Below, piece after piece: positions 21,223 to 30,408 of a stretch of DNA of 64,000 nucleotides. The notes beneath the pieces are model-generated. The model ran no database searches and had not been told where the DNA came from. It worked only from the letters and a program-made list of their open reading frames with translations. The translations under genes were made by a program, and so were the position numbers. Source of the DNA: an uncultured Acidobacteriota bacterium (lineage in GTDB: Bacteria; Acidobacteriota; Thermoanaerobaculia; UBA5066). The stretch covers positions 259,539-323,538 of the forward strand of contig CAWCSP010000005.1 in the NCBI GenBank assembly GCA_963798215.1, in the 5' to 3' direction. How positions within the stretch are numbered: the stretch's first letter is position 1; every line of letters begins with the position of its first letter.

Positions 21223-21762
21223 CTAGAGGGTCTTGCGGAGCGCGACGAGCGCGGCCGCTGCGAGGAGGAGCACGGTCACGGCCATCGCCCGGGGCGACAG
21301 CGCGGGAACGTCGGCGTTGCTCAGCCCCGACGCGTGGCCGGCGGCGACGAGGCGGGAGGGGGCGGTGGGGGCGGAGCACGTCGCGTCCAGACAGCTCGCC
21401 TCCTGTCCCGTGATGGTCACTGTCCCGCCCGCGTTCGTCAGGGCGGGGCTGAAAAAGAGGGCGAAGGCTCGCGTCCCGGTCAGGTCGCCGGCGTTGCTGG
21501 CCGCCGTGAGCACCTGCGCGGACATGGGGGGCAATCCGGGCGCCACGTAGTGGAGGGTCGCGCCGGTGAGGACCACGCTGCCCGCCGTCGTCGTGATGTT
21601 CACGGAGCTGTACGTGTTGGTGTCGGCGTCGTAGCTGAACGAGCCCGACGCGGCGCCCCCGTCCGAGAACGTCAGGCCGGAGAGAGTCCAGACCACCGGC
21701 TTGGCCGAGGCGGTGGCCGACAGGACGCTGAAGACGAGGAGGGCGAAGAGGGCCTTACGCAT
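21223..21762 (-). CDS. Secreted protein with IPTL-CTERM-like sorting tail
   Basis: Signal peptide MRKALFALLVFSVLSATASA. C-terminus is DVPALSPRAMAVTVLLLAAAALVALRKTL (motif + TM helix + basic tail). Confidence 0.65.
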   Translation of the reverse strand: MRKALFALLVFSVLSATASAKPVVWTLSGLTFSDGGAASGSFSYDADTNTYSSVNITTTAGSVVLTGATLHYVAPGLPPMSAQVLTAASNAGDLTGTRAFALFFSPALTNAGGTVTITGQEASCLDATCSAPTAPSRLVAAGHASGLSNADVPALSPRAMAVTVLLLAAAALVALRKTL

Positions 21763-21840
21763 GCCACGACTCCTGTGAGAAAGCCTGTTCCGGATGGCGA
21801 CCGGATCATACGAGGGTCGGCTCTCCCGATCGAGCCGGCC

Positions 21841-22437
21841 TCACCACCGCGCGATCCACTTCAGCTTTTTCCCGTGCCAGGTCCAGATCTGGATCTTGGC
21901 GTTCGCGGGCGTCACGCGGACGGCGGCCTGGCGGCTCCTGCGGTTCGAGAGGTACACGGTGCCGGGCGAGGAGTGGCCCACCGGCGAGAACGAGCAGATG
22001 TTCGAGTTGCCGAAGCGGATCGGGTCGGAGAGGTTCCCGATGGGAGCGCCGCCGGGGTCGGTTCCGTTCATCCCGGGCACGAACGAGAACGTGACGCCGG
22101 GGTAGCGGCTGCCGAGCCAGTACGGCCCCGCGACGAGCTTGTCGACGCCCTTCCTGATGTCGGCGGTCGTGACGCCGTTCCCGTTGCCGTCCTGGTAGAC
22201 GGTCAGGACGAGGTCGCCCGCGTTCGCGACCCACTTCACGCCGACTTCCGCGCCCTGGAAGACGGCGCGCGCGCGGGCGGACTGGAGGATGGCGGCCACC
22301 TCGCGCGAGGCGGTGCCGAGCGACTCCTCCGCGAGGATCTCGGAGAGCGCCGGGACGCTCATCGCGAAGATCAGGCCGAGGATGGCGAGGACGGCGGCGA
22401 GCTCGGCGAGCGAGGCGCCGCGACAGGATGCGCGCAT
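21841..22437 (-). CDS. GspH/FimT-like pseudopilin
   Basis: Prepilin-type N-terminus G-ASLAELAAVLAILGLIF (Glu at +5), followed by a GspH-like beta domain. Confidence 0.7.
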   Translation of the reverse strand: MRASCRGASLAELAAVLAILGLIFAMSVPALSEILAEESLGTASREVAAILQSARARAVFQGAEVGVKWVANAGDLVLTVYQDGNGNGVTTADIRKGVDKLVAGPYWLGSRYPGVTFSFVPGMNGTDPGGAPIGNLSDPIRFGNSNICSFSPVGHSSPGTVYLSNRRSRQAAVRVTPANAKIQIWTWHGKKLKWIARW

Positions 22438-22527
22438 GAATCCTCCTTGCGAGGTCGGGAGGGGGGACGGCGCGGCGCCGCTCGCCGCGGCGGCTCGCCG
22501 CGCCGTCCCGGGGGGCGGGAGGGACGA

Positions 22528-22938
22528 TCAGGCCTTCGTCTTGGCGGGCTTTTTCGTCCCGGAGGAGGACTTCGTGGTCTTCGAGCCGCCGCGCGAGCCC
22601 TTCGACGAGACCTTCTCGACGAGCGTCGTCGGGCCGGAGACCGCGACGTACGGCTTGAGCGTCGTGAAGAACTTCTCGCCCACGCCCTTGACCTGCATGA
22701 GGTCCTCGGGGCGCTTGAAGGCGCCGTGCTGGGTGCGGTGCTCGACGATGCGGCCGGCGAGCTTCGCGCCCACGCGCGGCAGGCGCGCGAGCTCGGCCGC
22801 GGTGGCCTGGTTGATGTTGACGACCTTGTGCGAGAGCGGTGCCTCGCCCTCGGCCAGCGCCGGGTGGGACGCCAGCCCCGAGAGCGAAAGGCCGAGGACG
22901 GGGACGACGAGCGCGCGGACGATCGGACGGAGAGACAT
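22528..22938 (-). CDS. comEA: ComEA-family helix-hairpin-helix DNA-binding protein
   Basis: Signal/anchor, then INQATAAELARLPRVGAKLAGRIVEHR...FKRPEDLMQVKGVGEKFF. ATG 22938 is preceded by AAGGAG. Confidence 0.8.
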   Translation of the reverse strand: MSLRPIVRALVVPVLGLSLSGLASHPALAEGEAPLSHKVVNINQATAAELARLPRVGAKLAGRIVEHRTQHGAFKRPEDLMQVKGVGEKFFTTLKPYVAVSGPTTLVEKVSSKGSRGGSKTTKSSSGTKKPAKTKA

Positions 22939-23145
22939 CGGATGCTCCTTTCGGTTGAGAGTTCGTTGTTCGGAGATCGGGCGAACGGGAGGGAATGCGG
23001 GTCGGGATTCAAGACGGGATTCGGGGGTGTTCCTTCCGCTTCGTCCCGGCGCGTCCGGGTGCGCGTTCGGTCTCAGCTCATTCATCGCCTCCTGAAGAAC
23101 CCATTGCACGGGCGATGCCGCGCGGCGCGCGATGCGCGCAAACAA

Positions 23146-23184
23146 TTGAAGAGAAGAGAATTCTGCTTAGAAAGGGGAAGAGGG
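23146..23184 (+). repeat. Low-GC purine-rich motif copy 3 (TTGAAGAGAAGAGAATTCTGCTTAGAAAGGGGAAGAGGG)
   Basis: GAAGAGAAGA at 23148-23157 followed by TTCT..CTTAGAAAGG. An inverted CCTTCTAAGGG occurs at 23243-23253. Lies in the comEA/ubiX divergent intergenic region. Confidence 0.5.
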
Positions 23185-23306
23185 CGGCGGCGGTGCGCGA
23201 CAACTTCTCCTGTCGCGCGTCCCGACGCCGTTTGCCCTATTACCTTCTAAGGGAATCTCTTTCCCTCTCCCGCACGGAAAGGGAGGGCGCGACAGGAAAA
23301 CCTGTC

Positions 23307-23951
23307 GTGGTGGAGAATCGGGCGGTGACGCGGAGCGCGGGCGGACCGAACGACCTCATCCTCGGAATCTCCGGGGCCAGCGGCTCGCGCCTCGCCCTCC
23401 GCGCCCTGAGGCTCTTTTCGGCGTCGCCGGACGTCGAGCGCCTCCACGTCGTCGTCTCCCCGCGCGCCCTCGTGGTCGCGAGGGGCGAGCTGGACGCCTC
23501 GATCGCGTCCGCCGACGCGTTCCTCGGCGCGGCGGAGATCGGCGCCGACGCGCGCGAGAAGATCGTCCTCCACTCCGAGAGCGCGATCGACGCCTCGATC
23601 TCGTCCGGGTCGTACAAGACGCGCGGGATGGCCGTGCTGCCGTGCTCGGCCAGCACGCTCGCGGCGATCGCGCACGGCACGTCGCGCGGCCTCATCCAGC
23701 GCGCGGCCGACGTCTGCCTCAAGGAGCGGCGGCGCCTCGTCCTCGGCCTGCGCGAGACGCCGCTCTCACTCGTCCACGCCGAGAACATCCTCGCGGCCAC
23801 GCGCGCGGGCGCGATCGTCGCGCCGCCCGTCCCGGCGTTCTACGCGGCGAGGTCGGCCGAGGAGATGCTCGACGCCTACCTCACGCGCGTCGCGGACCTC
23901 CTCGACGTCGCGGTCGACACCGCCGGCTTCCGCTGGACGGGAGCCCGCTGA
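23307..23951 (+). CDS. ubiX: UbiX-family flavin prenyltransferase
   Basis: LILGISGASGS, MAVLPCSASTLAAIAHG, LKERRRLVLGLRETPL. GTG start is approximate. Confidence 0.85.
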   Translation: MVENRAVTRSAGGPNDLILGISGASGSRLALRALRLFSASPDVERLHVVVSPRALVVARGELDASIASADAFLGAAEIGADAREKIVLHSESAIDASISSGSYKTRGMAVLPCSASTLAAIAHGTSRGLIQRAADVCLKERRRLVLGLRETPLSLVHAENILAATRAGAIVAPPVPAFYAARSAEEMLDAYLTRVADLLDVAVDTAGFRWTGAR

Positions 23952-23965
23952 GCCGGCCCCCGTCC

Positions 23966-24811
23966 GTGAAGCGCTACCTCTCCCTCGTCACGTTCGCGCA
24001 CACGATCTTCGCGCTCCCGTTCGCGCTCCTCGCGGCGGTTCTCGCCGCGCGCGGCATCCCGACGCTCCCGACGCTCTTCTGGATCCTCGTCGCGATGGTC
24101 GGGGCGCGCTCGGCCGCGATGGCCTTCAACCGGATCGCCGACCGCGACGTCGACGCCGTGAACGCCCGGACGAGAACGCGGGACATCCCGGCGGGCCGCG
24201 TGTCGGTCCGCGAAGCGTCGGTCTTCTGCGCGCTCTCGGCGGCCGTCTTCGTCTTCGCGGCCTCCCGCCTCAACCCGCTCTGCCTTGCGCTCAGCCCCGT
24301 CGCGCTCCTCGTCGTCCTCGGCTACTCGTACGCGAAGCGCGTGACGGTGCTCGCGCACCTCGTCCTCGGCCTCGGCCTCGCGATCGCGCCCGTCGGCGCC
24401 TGGATCGCGGTGAGAGGGGCGTTCGCGTGGCCTCCGGTCGTTCTCGGCCTCTCCGTCCTCTTCTGGGTGGCCGGCTTCGACGTCATTTACAGCCTCCAGG
24501 ACGAGGCGTTCGACCGGGCGCACGGCCTCTTCTCCCTCCCGGCGCGGCTCGGGGCCCGCCGGGCGCTGGACGTCTCGACGGCCTTCCACGCGCTCTCCCT
24601 CGCGCTCCTCTACGCCACCTTCGTGCTCGCCCGCGGCGGATGGGCGTTCGGACTCGGCGTCGTCCTCGCGGGGGCGTTCCTCGTCCGCCAGCACGTCCTC
24701 GTCAAGCCGGGCGACCTGTCCCGGGTCGACGGGGCGTTTTTCACGGCGAACGGCTGGCTTTCGGTGGCCGTCTTCGCCTGCGGGGCGGCCGACGTCTTCC
24801 TCCGCCGGTAG
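23966..24811 (+). CDS. UbiA-family aromatic prenyltransferase (4-hydroxybenzoate polyprenyltransferase / MqnP-like)
   Basis: Polytopic protein with a NRIADRDVDAVNARTRTRDIPAG Asp-rich motif and a second DVIYSLQDEAFD motif. Directly follows ubiX. Confidence 0.85.
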   Translation: MKRYLSLVTFAHTIFALPFALLAAVLAARGIPTLPTLFWILVAMVGARSAAMAFNRIADRDVDAVNARTRTRDIPAGRVSVREASVFCALSAAVFVFAASRLNPLCLALSPVALLVVLGYSYAKRVTVLAHLVLGLGLAIAPVGAWIAVRGAFAWPPVVLGLSVLFWVAGFDVIYSLQDEAFDRAHGLFSLPARLGARRALDVSTAFHALSLALLYATFVLARGGWAFGLGVVLAGAFLVRQHVLVKPGDLSRVDGAFFTANGWLSVAVFACGAADVFLRR

Positions 24812-24838
24812 CCCTCCGTCCCGGTAAACTCGCCTCCC

Positions 24839-25501
24839 GTGCCCGCGCCCACACCGAAGGAGTTCCCGCTTCGCCACATCGCGATCGAAGGACCGATCGG
24901 CGTCGGGAAGACGTCGCTCGTCGGCCTCCTCTCGAAGCGCTTTTCCGGCACGCAGATCCTCGAGGACGTCACGAACCCGTTTCTCGCCGACTTCTACGCG
25001 GGAAAGAAGGGCGCGGCGTTCCAGACCCAGATGTACTTCCTGCTCTCGCGCTACCAGCAGCAGCAGGAGATCGCCCAGATCGACCTCTTCCGGAACCTCG
25101 TCGTCGCGGACTACACGTTCGCGAAGGACAAGATCTTCGCGTACCTCACGCTGAACGACGCCGAGATCGCGCTCTACGACAAGATCTACGCCACGCTCGC
25201 CGCCAACGTCCCGCGCCCGGACCTCGTCGTCCACCTCACGGCGTCCGTCGAGACGTGCCTCTCGCGCATCAGGAAGCGCGGCCGGGCCTTCGAGAAGGCC
25301 ATCTCGGGCGAGTACCTCAAGTCGCTCGTCGAGGCCTACAACTACTTCTTCTACCACTACCGCGACGGCCCGCTCCTCGTCGTCGAGACGAACGACATCG
25401 ACTTCGTCGAGCGGAAGGGCGACCTCGACGACCTCATCGCGCAGATCACGCGCCCCTTCCGGGGCACGCAGATCTACGTGCCGCGCGGCTCGAAAAAGTA
25501 A
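24839..25501 (+). CDS. Deoxynucleoside kinase
   Basis: P-loop IEGPIGVGKTS, FQTQMYFLLSRY, and an RIRKRGRAFE LID-like motif. Confidence 0.85.
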   Translation: MPAPTPKEFPLRHIAIEGPIGVGKTSLVGLLSKRFSGTQILEDVTNPFLADFYAGKKGAAFQTQMYFLLSRYQQQQEIAQIDLFRNLVVADYTFAKDKIFAYLTLNDAEIALYDKIYATLAANVPRPDLVVHLTASVETCLSRIRKRGRAFEKAISGEYLKSLVEAYNYFFYHYRDGPLLVVETNDIDFVERKGDLDDLIAQITRPFRGTQIYVPRGSKK

Positions 25502-25503
25502 CC

Positions 25504-25893
25504 GTGGGCGCCGTCGAGCGGCTGCGCGAGCTGGGCGCCGGGCGCGAGATTCTCGGCGAGGTCGCGCCGCGCGAGAAGGACGGCCTTCGCGTCTCGCCCC
25601 GGAACGCCGGGCTCTCGGCCGAGGAGCGCCACGCGGCGCCGGCCGTCTTCCGGGCGCTCCTCGCCGGGCAGCTCCTGCACGGCCTCGGCGAGCGGAAGTC
25701 GGCGAAGCTCCTCAAGGCTGTCCGTCTCGCCCTCGAGATGGAGCCCCCTCTTGCGGTCGAGGCCCTCGACGTCGTGGACGCCGTATCCCTCCGGAGTGTC
25801 GAGAAAATCAACGGCCCGGCGATCCTGATCGCAGCGGCCTGGGCGGGCAGGACGCTCCTCGCCGACAGCGTGCGTCTCGAGGCAAACAACTGA
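25504..25893 (+). pseudogene. panC: C-terminal remnant of pantoate--beta-alanine ligase
   Basis: Only about 129 codons. PREKDGLRVSPRNAGLSAEERHAAPAVFRAL and ILIAAAWAGRTLLADSV parallel the PanC C-terminal domain (REaDGLAlSSRN...LIDN). The N-terminal Rossmann/HIGH half is absent. Confidence 0.55.
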
Positions 25894-26222
25894 TACGCCG
25901 TCGCAATTTCTTTTTCGCTTGATTTCGTTGAATTTTTCGATTCTCATTCCCCTTAACAAACAGCCCCGGAGAGCCAAAGGGTCAGCCCCGACGTCTTCGA
26001 AGGCCGTGTACGTCAGTTTCGTCGGATCGAGTTCGATCAGGAGGCGCGACCCATTTCCAGCCCCGGGGGCACCAGCAGGGAAAAAGCCCCGTCCTCCCTT
26101 CCCGGACTCTCCGCCCGGACCTTCCCGATAGCACCCGGCGGCCGCCGCTCGATGGTGAGCGTCGTCCGCGTTTTTCAACCCTCGGTTTCCGGTGAGACCG
26201 GTAAACCTCCTCTGGAGTTCTG

Positions 26223-26510
26223 ATGTACACGGACAAGACCATCGCCTGTATCGACTGCGGCGCCCCCTTCATCTTCTCGGCGAACGAACAGGAGTTCTAC
26301 GCTCAGAAAGGCTTCTCCAACGAGCCCAAGCGGTGCAAGAACTGCCGCGACAAGCGCAAGGCCGGCGGTTTCGGCGAAGGCGGCGCGCGCCAGCTCTACA
26401 ACGTCACCTGCGACGCGTGCGGCAAGACCACGCAGGTTCCGTTCAACCCCACGAACGGCAAGCCGGTCTACTGCCGCGACTGCTACCGCGAGCGCAGGCC
26501 CGCGCGATAG
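26223..26510 (+). CDS. CxxC-x17-CxxC zinc-ribbon protein
   Basis: Two copies of CxxC...KRCKNCR / CDACG...YCRDCY. ATG is preceded by GGAG. Small conserved bacterial family. Confidence 0.75.
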   Translation: MYTDKTIACIDCGAPFIFSANEQEFYAQKGFSNEPKRCKNCRDKRKAGGFGEGGARQLYNVTCDACGKTTQVPFNPTNGKPVYCRDCYRERRPAR

Positions 26511-26518
26511 GGGGGTCT

Positions 26519-26547
26519 GGGGGGAAAGGGTTGGACCCTTTCCCCCC
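26519..26547 (+). terminator. Strong hairpin after the zinc-ribbon gene (no U-tract)
   Basis: Perfect 12-bp stem GGGGGGAAAGGG / CCCTTTCCCCCC with loop TTGGA. Confidence 0.5.
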
Positions 26548-26602
26548 AGCCAATAATCAGTTCGGTTGAGCGCGGGCGACACGCTGTTAGAGTCGCTCTC
26601 GC

Positions 26603-27787
26603 ATGAGCGATTCCCCGAAGAAGCCCGGCTTCGCGACGACGTGCATCCACGCGGGGCAAGAGCCCGAGCCCGCCACGGGCGCGGTCACCGTCCCGATCTT
26701 CCAGACGTCCACGTACGTCCAGGAAGCGTTCGGCAGGCCGCGCGGCGGCTACGAGTACGCGCGGACGAAGAACCCCACGCGCCTCGCGCTGGAGAAGCAG
26801 CTCGCCGCGCTCGAGGGCGGCGCCGTGGCCCACGCGTTCGCCTCGGGCATGGCCGCCGAGACGACGCTCATGCTCTCGTTCGTCGCGGCGGGGGACCACG
26901 TCCTCGTCAGCCGCAACACGTACGGCGGCACGTACCGTTTCTTCTCGAAGATCCTCGCGAACTTCGGCGTCACGTTCGCGTACGTCGACACGACCGAGGC
27001 CGAGGCCGTGCGGAAGGCCGTCACGCCCGCGACGCGGATGCTCTTTGTCGAGACGCCCACGAACCCGACGATGGAGATCGCCGACCTCAGGGCGCTGGCC
27101 GACGTCGCGCGCTCCGAGAGCGGGCGCATCGGCGCGAAGATCCGCGTCGTCGTCGACAACACGTTCGCGACGCCGTTCTTCCAGAAACCGCTCGCGCTCG
27201 GCTGCGACGCCGTCGTCCACTCCACGACGAAGTACCTGAACGGCCACTCCGACTCGGTGGGCGGCGCCGTCGTCTGCGCCGACGCCGCGGACGGCGCGAA
27301 GGTCGGCTTCGCGCAGAACGCGGCGGGCGCGATCCTCTCGCCCTTCGACTCGTTCCTCGTCTCGCGCGGGATCAAGACGCTGCCCGTGAGGATGAAGGCC
27401 CACGACGCGAACGGCCGCGCCGTGGCTTCGTGGCTCGCGCGCCACCCGAAGGTGCTCAAGGTGTTCTACCCGGGTCTGCCCGCGCACCCGGGCCACGCCG
27501 TCGCGTCGCGGCAGATGACCGGCTTCGGCGGGATGATCTCGTTCGACCTCGGCTCTCAGGCCGCGGCCCGACGCCTCCTCGATCGCGTCGTCGTCTGCTC
27601 GCTCGGCGAGTCGCTCGGCGGCGTCGAGAGCCTCATCTCGCACCCGGCGACGATGACGCACGCGAGCGTCGAGCCCGAGGAGCGTCTCAAGCGCGGCATC
27701 ACGCCGGGTCTCGTGCGCGTTTCCGTCGGCATCGAGGACGTCGAGGACATCCTCCTCGATCTCGAGAACGCCCTGGCCGGCGTCTAG
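26603..27787 (+). CDS. PLP-dependent trans-sulfuration enzyme (cystathionine gamma-synthase / beta-lyase family)
   Basis: YARTKNPTR, VVDNTFATP, and STTKYLNGHSDSVGG (PLP lysine). Confidence 0.88.
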   Translation: MSDSPKKPGFATTCIHAGQEPEPATGAVTVPIFQTSTYVQEAFGRPRGGYEYARTKNPTRLALEKQLAALEGGAVAHAFASGMAAETTLMLSFVAAGDHVLVSRNTYGGTYRFFSKILANFGVTFAYVDTTEAEAVRKAVTPATRMLFVETPTNPTMEIADLRALADVARSESGRIGAKIRVVVDNTFATPFFQKPLALGCDAVVHSTTKYLNGHSDSVGGAVVCADAADGAKVGFAQNAAGAILSPFDSFLVSRGIKTLPVRMKAHDANGRAVASWLARHPKVLKVFYPGLPAHPGHAVASRQMTGFGGMISFDLGSQAAARRLLDRVVVCSLGESLGGVESLISHPATMTHASVEPEERLKRGITPGLVRVSVGIEDVEDILLDLENALAGV

Positions 27788-28581
27788 TTCCTCGTCTTCA
27801 GGGCGAGCGCACCGAGCGCCGCGAGCGCGGCGGCAAGGGCGAGGAGCGCGCGCGGCGACAGCGCCGGCACGTCGTCCGCTCGCCGGGGGCCGGGGCCGCC
27901 GCCGCCACCGTCGGGCGGCGTGTACGTGATCGTGAGCACGGGCGGAGTCGCGCTCTCGCGCGAACCGAAGCGCCGCGCGCTCGGCGGGGCCTGCAGCTCG
28001 TCGGCGCGCACTTGCCAGCCGAAGTTCGCGGCGGGGTTGTCCAGCCAGCTCTGGACGTCGGACGTCATTCCGGCGGTCGGCCCCCAGGACCAGGTCCCGA
28101 GCGTCACGTCGATCGGCGCCCTTGCCGACGGGCCGGCCGCCGTGTCGCCGCCCGGGGTGAGCCAGGCCGTGCCGGGATACACGCGCATCGTCCACGTCGC
28201 ATCGCCCGGTGTCGCCGGCGCGCCGCTCCCGCCGGGGTCGGCGGAGTCTGACGTTCCCTCGCCCCACGCGGCGGTGGCGGCGAAGAGGTAAATGTCCACG
28301 GGGTTGCCCTTCGCGCGCGTGAGCACGAGGTCGAGCCGCGCCCCGTTGATCGTGGACCCCGCAGGGATCGCGCCCGCGACGTCGAAGCGCACGAACGCGC
28401 GACGGAAATTCCCGAGGGTGTTGCCTCCCGCGAAGAGGTTCTGGCCCTTCGCGTCGGACGCGTCCCCGTTCTCCTGGAAGATCGTCGTGTCCGCGGCGGG
28501 CGTGAGCGTGACGGTTCCGGCCGCGAGCGGCGCGCACGGCAGCGTGAGCGCGAGGAACAGGATCGGGACGGTTCGACGCAT
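27784..28581 (-). CDS. Secreted DNRLRE-like domain protein with IPTL-CTERM-like tail
   Basis: Signal peptide MRRTVPILFLALTLPCAPLAAG and a RRAFVRFDVAGAIPAGSTINGARLDLVL module. C-terminus is DDVPALSPRALLALAAALAALGALALKTRN. ATG 28581 is preceded by GGAGG. Confidence 0.65.
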   Translation of the reverse strand: MRRTVPILFLALTLPCAPLAAGTVTLTPAADTTIFQENGDASDAKGQNLFAGGNTLGNFRRAFVRFDVAGAIPAGSTINGARLDLVLTRAKGNPVDIYLFAATAAWGEGTSDSADPGGSGAPATPGDATWTMRVYPGTAWLTPGGDTAAGPSARAPIDVTLGTWSWGPTAGMTSDVQSWLDNPAANFGWQVRADELQAPPSARRFGSRESATPPVLTITYTPPDGGGGGPGPRRADDVPALSPRALLALAAALAALGALALKTRN

Positions 28582-28655
28582 GAAACCTCCACGGAAGCGC
28601 GTTGACCGGGGGCGGCGCGGGAAGTGACGCCCGGCGTCCAAAACCCACGCGCCGG

Positions 28656-29042
28656 TCAATCGATCGTCGCTTCGCCGGGCTCGTCGTCCTCGTCTTCGCT
28701 CGGCGTGCCGGTGGACGACTCCGTCACCCACGCGGCGAAGGCGGCGTCGATCTTCGCTGCGGGAAAGCCGACGATCTCGGGCAGCTCGTAGGCGTTCAGC
28801 TCTTTAATCGCGCCGCGCACGGCCTCGAAGTTCGCCTCGAGCGTCTTGATCAGGAGCAGGAACTCGCTGTCCTGCTGGACCCGCCCCTTCCACCGGAAGA
28901 TCGAGCGCGCGACGGGCAGGACGTTCACGCAGGCGGCCAGGCGCCGCTGCACGAGCGCGTGCGCGAGGTCGAGCGCCTGCTTCTCCGTGCTCACGGACGT
29001 CAGAACGGCGAGGAGACCGGAGGCGCGTGTCTCGGGTTTCAC
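28656..29042 (-). CDS. cutA: Divalent-cation tolerance protein CutA
   Basis: LVQRRLAACVNVLPVARSIFRWKGRVQQDSEFLLLIKT...YELPEI. Confidence 0.85.
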   Translation of the reverse strand: MKPETRASGLLAVLTSVSTEKQALDLAHALVQRRLAACVNVLPVARSIFRWKGRVQQDSEFLLLIKTLEANFEAVRGAIKELNAYELPEIVGFPAAKIDAAFAAWVTESSTGTPSEDEDDEPGEATID

Positions 29043-29073
29043 TTGATCAACTTAGGGACCCGGCGCGGCCCCG

Positions 29074-30408
29074 TCAAGCGGCACGTGCGGCACCGCGCGG
29101 CCCGCTCAGTTTTCGCCCGACGACGAAGAGCGGCCACCCGGCGGCGAGGATCGCCGTCCCCGCGAGCGCGAGCACGGGCTCCGTCACCGCGACGTGCGCG
29201 GCGACGGCCGCGAGCGCGAGGATGTAGAGCGCCGGCAGGGCCGGGTAGAGCGGGATCCGGAACGCGCCCGTCCCGCCCTCGCCGCGGCGCCTGAGGACGA
29301 AGAGCGTCGACGCCACGACGACGAGCGTCACCATGTCCGTGAAGATGATGTAGTTCAGGAGCTTCTCGAACGAACCGAGGACGAACGCGGGGACCAGCAT
29401 CGTCGCGCCGAAGAGCGCGAGCCCTGCGCCGGACACCTGCGTTCGCGGGTCCACGCGGCGGAACGCGGCCGGCAGGACGCCGTCCTCGGCCATCGCGTGG
29501 TAGCTCCGCGGCATCTGGAGGACCGTGGCGTTCACGAAGCCGGCGGCCGACAGGAAGATCAGCGCCGACACCACCGCCTCGCCCGTTCCGCCGAGGCTCG
29601 CCTTCGCGAGCGCCGCGGCGACGAGCGTCGACCCCGCGACGCCCGCGACGCCGAGCGTCCGCACGTACGCGAGGTTGATCGCGAGGTAGAGGCCGGCGAC
29701 GGCCAGCATCCCGGCCGTGACGGCGAGCGGAAAACGGCGCCGCGCGTCCTTCACGTCCGCGCCGAGGTTCATCGTCATGTGGTATCCGCCGTACGCGTAG
29801 AAGCACGGGACGAGCGCCGCGGCGAGGCCGGCGGGTGCGGCAACGGGAACGGCAGCCGCGCCGCCGGCACGCGGAGCGAGCACGAACGCGACGAGAGCGA
29901 GGCCCGCGATCATCACGATCTTCGTCATCGAGAGGACGTTCTGCGCTCCGGCGCCCACGCGGATGCCGAGAGCGTTCAGAAGAAGCAGGACGAGCATCAG
30001 CGCCAGCGCGACGACGAGGACGGCGCTCCCGCCTCGCTTCTCCGGCGGCAGCAGCAGCCCGACGAGGTACTCGGCGCCGATGAACGCGACACCCGCGGCG
30101 CCCGCGCCCTGCATCAGCGTCTGCGCCCAGTTCAGCATGAACGCGAGCACCGGGTGGTAGCAGTCGGCGACGACCCGGTAATAGCCTCCCGCGCGCGGGT
30201 GCCGCGAGCCGATCTCCGCGAACGTCAGCGCCCCGGCGAGGCTCACGAGCCCCGCGAGCGCCCACGCGAGGAGGAAGCGGTCCTCCGTCCCGGCGGCCTT
30301 CGCGACGATCGCGGGCGTCCGGAAGATCCCGATCCCCACGACGAGGCTCACGACGACCATCGCGGTGTCGAACGTCCCGAGCTTCGCCTCGATCCCGTCA
30401 GCCTTCAC
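29074..30408 (-). CDS. APC-family amino acid permease
   Basis: Twelve hydrophobic segments and an N-terminal GTFDTAMVVVSLVVGIGIFRTP motif. Confidence 0.85.
   Translation of the reverse strand: MKADGIEAKLGTFDTAMVVVSLVVGIGIFRTPAIVAKAAGTEDRFLLAWALAGLVSLAGALTFAEIGSRHPRAGGYYRVVADCYHPVLAFMLNWAQTLMQGAGAAGVAFIGAEYLVGLLLPPEKRGGSAVLVVALALMLVLLLLNALGIRVGAGAQNVLSMTKIVMIAGLALVAFVLAPRAGGAAAVPVAAPAGLAAALVPCFYAYGGYHMTMNLGADVKDARRRFPLAVTAGMLAVAGLYLAINLAYVRTLGVAGVAGSTLVAAALAKASLGGTGEAVVSALIFLSAAGFVNATVLQMPRSYHAMAEDGVLPAAFRRVDPRTQVSGAGLALFGATMLVPAFVLGSFEKLLNYIIFTDMVTLVVVASTLFVLRRRGEGGTGAFRIPLYPALPALYILALAAVAAHVAVTEPVLALAGTAILAAGWPLFVVGRKLSGPRGAARAA

Noticed and set aside
23195-23307. Hairpins GCGCGACA-N8-TGTCGCGC (23195-23218) and CGACAGG-AAAA-CCTGTCG (23290-23307) upstream of ubiX as a riboswitch.
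   Set aside because: The inverted repeats are real, but I recognise no known riboswitch consensus. They may be attenuator or terminator-like stems for the divergent comEA/ubiX promoters, which is not enough for a call.
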